Positions 63,651 through 64,000 of a stretch of 64,000 nt of DNA are shown piece by piece. The position numbers and the translations under genes are program-made. Location of the stretch: contig CM097885.1 of the NCBI GenBank assembly GCA_044892525.1, positions 26,412,001 to 26,476,000 of the forward strand, read 5' to 3'. Under the pieces are notes generated by a model. It searched no databases and was not told the DNA's origin. It saw nothing but the letters and a program-made list of their open reading frames with translations. The stretch comes from Schmidtea polychroa. Its lineage: Eukaryota. Each line of letters begins with the position of its first letter. Position 1 is the stretch's first letter.

Positions 63651-64000
63651 TTGATAGCTTATTTTCCCATATGAGAACTTTTCTTCCTATAGCATTTGTT
63701 AATGGGATTTTTAATTATATTTTAGTTTCCTTATATTTATTTATTCTATTCAATATTGTTAGAAGTTTTTTTATACTTACTTATTAAGCTTTATATATAC
63801 TGTTAAATATTTTATATATATTATTAAAATTTTTATATATAATTATTAACAACCCTGTAAATATTAATAATTAATGACAATAATTTATAATTGATAACAA
63901 TAACCAAAGAATTGCAATAAGTGATTGTTTGAAAAGGACATTAAATTATAACGCCCAAACCTGAGTATACAATTGCAGCTATATTTTCTGTATTGCATCC

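Overview
Very AT-rich eukaryotic (animal-like) genomic DNA with short introns and several N-gaps, dominated by mobile elements. Two host genes are well supported: an intronless PKA-catalytic-like kinase (18594-19655,+) and a 4-exon Golgi transport 1 gene (GOT1/GOLT1, 28837-29432,-). A decayed but nearly complete Polinton/Maverick (adintovirus-type) element spans about 31952-45090. It encodes protein-primed PolB, packaging ATPase, a ZnF-PLA2-integrase frame, major and minor capsid proteins, a fibre-like ORF and small ORFs; no adenain protease was found. It appears to sit inside a solo LTR. The most unusual feature is a 7.4-kb ORF-less foldback element (5953-13331) with Polinton-type AGTAGT...ACTACT ends and a perfect 6-bp TSD (GTGAGA). 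It is built almost entirely of inverted satellite-filled arms around a 570-bp unique core, suggesting a non-autonomous Polinton parasite. A 218-bp unit with AGTAGT-type TIRs lies at the left edge of the Polinton. Also present: Buster/SPIN-type hAT elements and hAT MITEs, three copies of a TA-TSD MITE, a pogo-like MITE, IS630/Tc1 remnants, a Gypsy RT fragment, a Penelope-like RT/GIY-YIG fragment, and a dispersed family of coiled-coil ORFs linked to a conserved non-coding motif. All calls come from manual reading of the sequence; no database searches were run, and boundaries not anchored by TIRs/TSDs or splice sites are approximate.
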